DNA of 36,374 nucleotides, taken from positions 1 to 36,374 of the forward strand of contig QPGO01000378.1 of the NCBI GenBank assembly GCA_008632985.1. Reading direction: 5' to 3'. Shown piece by piece: positions 33,201 to 36,374 of the stretch. Under the pieces are notes generated by a model, which worked only from the letters and a program-made list of their open reading frames with translations, searched no databases and was not told the origin of the DNA. This DNA is from Psammoneis japonica. Taxonomy: Eukaryota. How positions within the stretch are numbered: the first letter of the stretch is position 1; every line of letters begins with the position of its first letter. The position numbers and the translations under genes are program-made.

Positions 33201-34441
33201 TTTCTTGCTGCAACTCTCTTAAACTGAGCCAACGATCATCATCGGACTCGTCTCCATCGGACTCGTTTCCTCTGTCATCCGTTTTGCCTTTTGTGCCTTC
33301 CTCCTGCTCATCGTCGTTGCTGTTGTTGTCCCTGCTGCTCTCCACCATTGGGCTGTTCATTGCCTTCACCTTGTCCGTGTCACCGGTCGGTGCTTTCTTT
33401 TTCTTCTTTTTTGCTTCTCCGGACTTCTTGCACTTGCTTTTCTTGATCTCCGCATGCCACTTTTCAAACTCCTTGCCCTCCTTGGAGTCTCTGTCTTTCG
33501 TCACCTCTTCACACAAATCGTTGAAAAGATTGATTCCGTCGTCTCCCCAAGACACTCGTTGTTTCTTTGGTTTCATGCACCGAGGGGCAGGCCTTGTTTC
33601 TTTGGGCTCCATTTCCTCACCCAATTCTTCCACCGCCTCCTCCTTGTTCCTGTGTGCCCACACCTGCCAACAATTCTCCATGGCCAACAGCACCAAAGCT
33701 TCGTCACCGACCGTAAACAACTGTGAGACCTTTGCATTCCCAGTTTTGACGGTGCTGCTCCGTGCCTGCTTTTGCTTGGTTTGAGGCAGGATGTGATCAC
33801 AGAACCACTTGTGTGCCTGCTTGTTCCTTCGTTTACCGCCGGTGACAGTGTCCAGGCTAAACGGATCCCATGTCGGCACAAACGGGATGTCATTCTCTTC
33901 ACTCTTGTCACAGCTTGACTTTTTCCTCTTTTTCCTCCTGTCTGCCGCCTTGAGTTTCTTTTCTTTTTCCTTTCCCTCTTCCTCAGTGACAACGCCTGCA
34001 TGGACAAAGCATCACCGTCATCTTCTTGTGAGACACGCGCAACTCTCGAATCACACACATTGGTCACTTGACTTGCGGGCCATTGCCTCCGCCCCAATGG
34101 CCGAACACACCGTGTTTCCGCGATTGTCAATTTGCCTTTTTACCGCCTTTTTTGCCCATTCCTCCCAAGTTCCTGACCAATTTGAAGTGTCCATGTTGCC
34201 ACCAGCAGATCTGTTTCTTGACAAAACATTGAGACGCTCCATTGCTTGCCAATTCTGATGGACTGAGAAAATTCACCTGTGGAAAGAGATCATTTCCAGC
34301 CACCTTCTCTGCTTCTGATTTCAATGCACCATGTGCTGCCTGCGCACCTGTTCTCTTCAACACTGCCTGAAGTCTCGGGCTCATTGGCTCAACAGTCTCA
34401 TTTTTCTTTCTCTTCTTTGCCGGTTGTGCTGGAGACGACAT
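33142..34441 (-). pseudogene. Degenerate repeat-associated ORF (TxxDEAxxLLxxEN family; possible DNA-transposon accessory gene)
   Basis: WFCDHILP...FTVGDEALVLLAMENCWQVW...WGDDGINLFNDLCEEVTKDR...FE. I recall this motif pattern from multicopy diatom ORFs. Upstream fragments include LFPQVNFL. The transposon link is inference. Confidence 0.5.
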
Positions 34442-35066
34442 CTTGATCTTTTCACGGCAACAGTGAGAGGAGTGGCACTGTTCGACAGTGCAACCGTCAT
34501 TTGGGTCGTGTTGAGACAGCCAGCCACTCTATTTTTCTCTGTGACATTGCACAAACCATTGTCAGCAACATTGAAATTTGAAAACACATTTGTGCACAAC
34601 AATGAACAGCCCAACTTGCTTTTTGACATGGCTGTCATTGCATTTCAACGGAGACAATGTCCTGCATTTTGATGGTGAATAAAAAGCACAACATTCATTG
34701 TGGATGCCAGATAAAAAATCAAAATGCAGGTGCGTGACACCCACAAGAATCATCCCAATCTGGAAGACAATGCAATGTTTGCCAATTTCCCGCCATTTTT
34801 TGTGTGTTGTTCTTTTTTTCCCTTCTCATCCACAAGACAAGGACACGAGCATGAGTCTTGATGAAGGCCCTGTCAATGTTGTCTGATTTGCAATGGACGG
34901 AAACCCTCTTCTCTGTCCCAGTTGTGGCCAAAGTTTTTTGCAAATGGCCTGCCATTGGAGATGCTCACCGACGTGTTGCGCAGTTGCCCAAGAGTTGCAA
35001 ACCCAAGATCCAATCCCAGATCAAAGCAACATTCCTGCCACAACAGAGGGGCCACCCAAAGAAAGC

Positions 35067-35807
35067 NNNNNNNNNNNNNNNNNNNNNNNNNNNNNNNNNN
35101 NNNNNNNNNNNNNNNNNNNNNNNNNNNNNNNNNNNNNNNNNNNNNNNNNNNNNNNNNNNNNNNNNNNNNNNNNNNNNNNNNNNNNNNNNNNNNNNNNNNN
35201 NNNNNNNNNNNNNNNNNNNNNNNNNNNNNNNNNNNNNNNNNNNNNNNNNNNNNNNNNNNNNNNNNNNNNNNNNNNNNNNNNNNNNNNNNNNNNNNNNNNN
35301 NNNNNNNNNNNNNNNNNNNNNNNNNNNNNNNNNNNNNNNNNNNNNNNNNNNNNNNNNNNNNNNNNNNNNNNNNNNNNNNNNNNNNNNNNNNNNNNNNNNN
35401 NNNNNNNNNNNNNNNNNNNNNNNNNNNNNNNNNNNNNNNNNNNNNNNNNNNNNNNNNNNNNNNNNNNNNNNNNNNNNNNNNNNNNNNNNNNNNNNNNNNN
35501 NNNNNNNNNNNNNNNNNNNNNNNNNNNNNNNNNNNNNNNNNNNNNNNNNNNNNNNNNNNNNNNNNNNNNNNNNNNNNNNNNNNNNNNNNNNNNNNNNNNN
35601 NNNNNNNNNNNNNNNNNNNNNNNNNNNNNNNNNNNNNNNNNNNNNNNNNNNNNNNNNNNNNNNNNNNNNNNNNNNNNNNNNNNNNNNNNNNNNNNNNNNN
35701 NNNNNNNNNNNNNNNNNNNNNNNNNNNNNNNNNNNNNNNNNNNNNNNNNNNNNNNNNNNNNNNNNNNNNNNNNNNNNNNNNNNNNNNNNNNNNNNNNNNN
35801 NNNNNNN
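35067..35807. other. Assembly gap (N run)
   Basis: 741 N bases. Confidence 1.
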
Positions 35808-36374
35808 AGTGGCAGGCGCAGTTACGAAGACGGACACTGACCCGGAGAAACAATTTCTAGTGCAATGTCATTTACCTCGACAAGACTGGCAGGACACAAG
35901 GGATGGGATCATGTTTGCGGAGAGCCAGTGATCATGACCTCTGCACATGTTGCCTTCAACAAATGGTCAGACAAGAGTGTCTGGAAACCAATTGTTGTCT
36001 CCCGGATTTGGAAAAGATGTCGTCATCTGCGGCAAAGAATCTCTCAACAATCAAGGCAGAGAAGGGACGCTCATTGACAAGAGACCACACACTTGCTTGC
36101 GTGTCATTTTGGAGCCACTTTTGGAAGTCATGAGAAAAGGAGGCATGAAAACATGCGTGCAACGAGGGGATGAGATGCGACACTCCACGCAATTCCACTG
36201 ATCGTTCTCGATCATAGGAGATGCAAAAAGCGGCAACTGTCTCGTCGGACGATGCGGAGTCACAACTGTCTCACGTTGCTGTCGTTTTTGCCTGGTGGCT
36301 TCAACAACTGGACGAACCCATGGATTGAATGCGAGTTTGTCCGAGGACTGGATCTCCACCAAGTGCAAACTAAG

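Larger units (their letters stand above)
27553..36374. other. Second decayed repeat/pseudogene block depleted in TpA (CpG depletion variable)
   Basis: Hand count for 28441-29040 gives 0 TA and 4 CG, against ~32 TA and ~24 CG in the genic window 26641-27240. The block starts ~100 bp upstream of the GT start codon. Confidence 0.85.

Noticed and set aside
34858..35931. 300+ aa ORFs near the end of the window
   Set aside because: They run through the N gap and are artefacts.
35808..36130. Possible C-terminus of a Plavaka/CACTA-type transposase (KPIVV.PDLE-like)
   Set aside because: The match is too short, frameshifted and cut by the gap to support a call.
27553..36374. Classical fungal RIP as the cause of decay
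   Set aside because: RIP converts CpA to TpA and raises TpA; here TpA is lost and CpA/TpG are in excess.

Overview
Eukaryotic nuclear DNA, most likely a diatom: short GT-AG introns, signal peptide+F plastid presequences, and a signal-peptide-bearing proteasome beta subunit. Two gene-dense blocks alternate with two decayed blocks. Block 1 (1-14.1 kb) holds two secretory/plastid-targeted HSP20s, a Lon-N-domain-like protein, CDC45, a proteasome beta-2-like subunit, a hypothetical gene, TRAPPC2L and a meiotic-clade AAA ATPase. Block 2 (21-27.5 kb) holds a large PWWP-like/TFIIS-like repeat protein and a glycosyltransferase. The decayed blocks (~14.15-20.05 kb and ~27.55 kb to the end) contain kinase-like pseudogenes, a class-3 lipase pseudogene, transposon-associated ORFs and a piggyBac-like MITE. 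The main finding is that these blocks have lost CpG and also almost all TpA, converted to CpA/TpG (Tyr->His/Cys at conserved positions). The same conversion can be read directly by aligning a local proteasome-gene duplicate to its parent, and the MITE is flanked by TCAA where TTAA is expected. This suggests a repeat-targeted TpA-erasing mutational process running opposite to fungal RIP. Several real genes carry -1 homopolymer frameshifts that are probably assembly errors. There is an N gap at 35067-35807.
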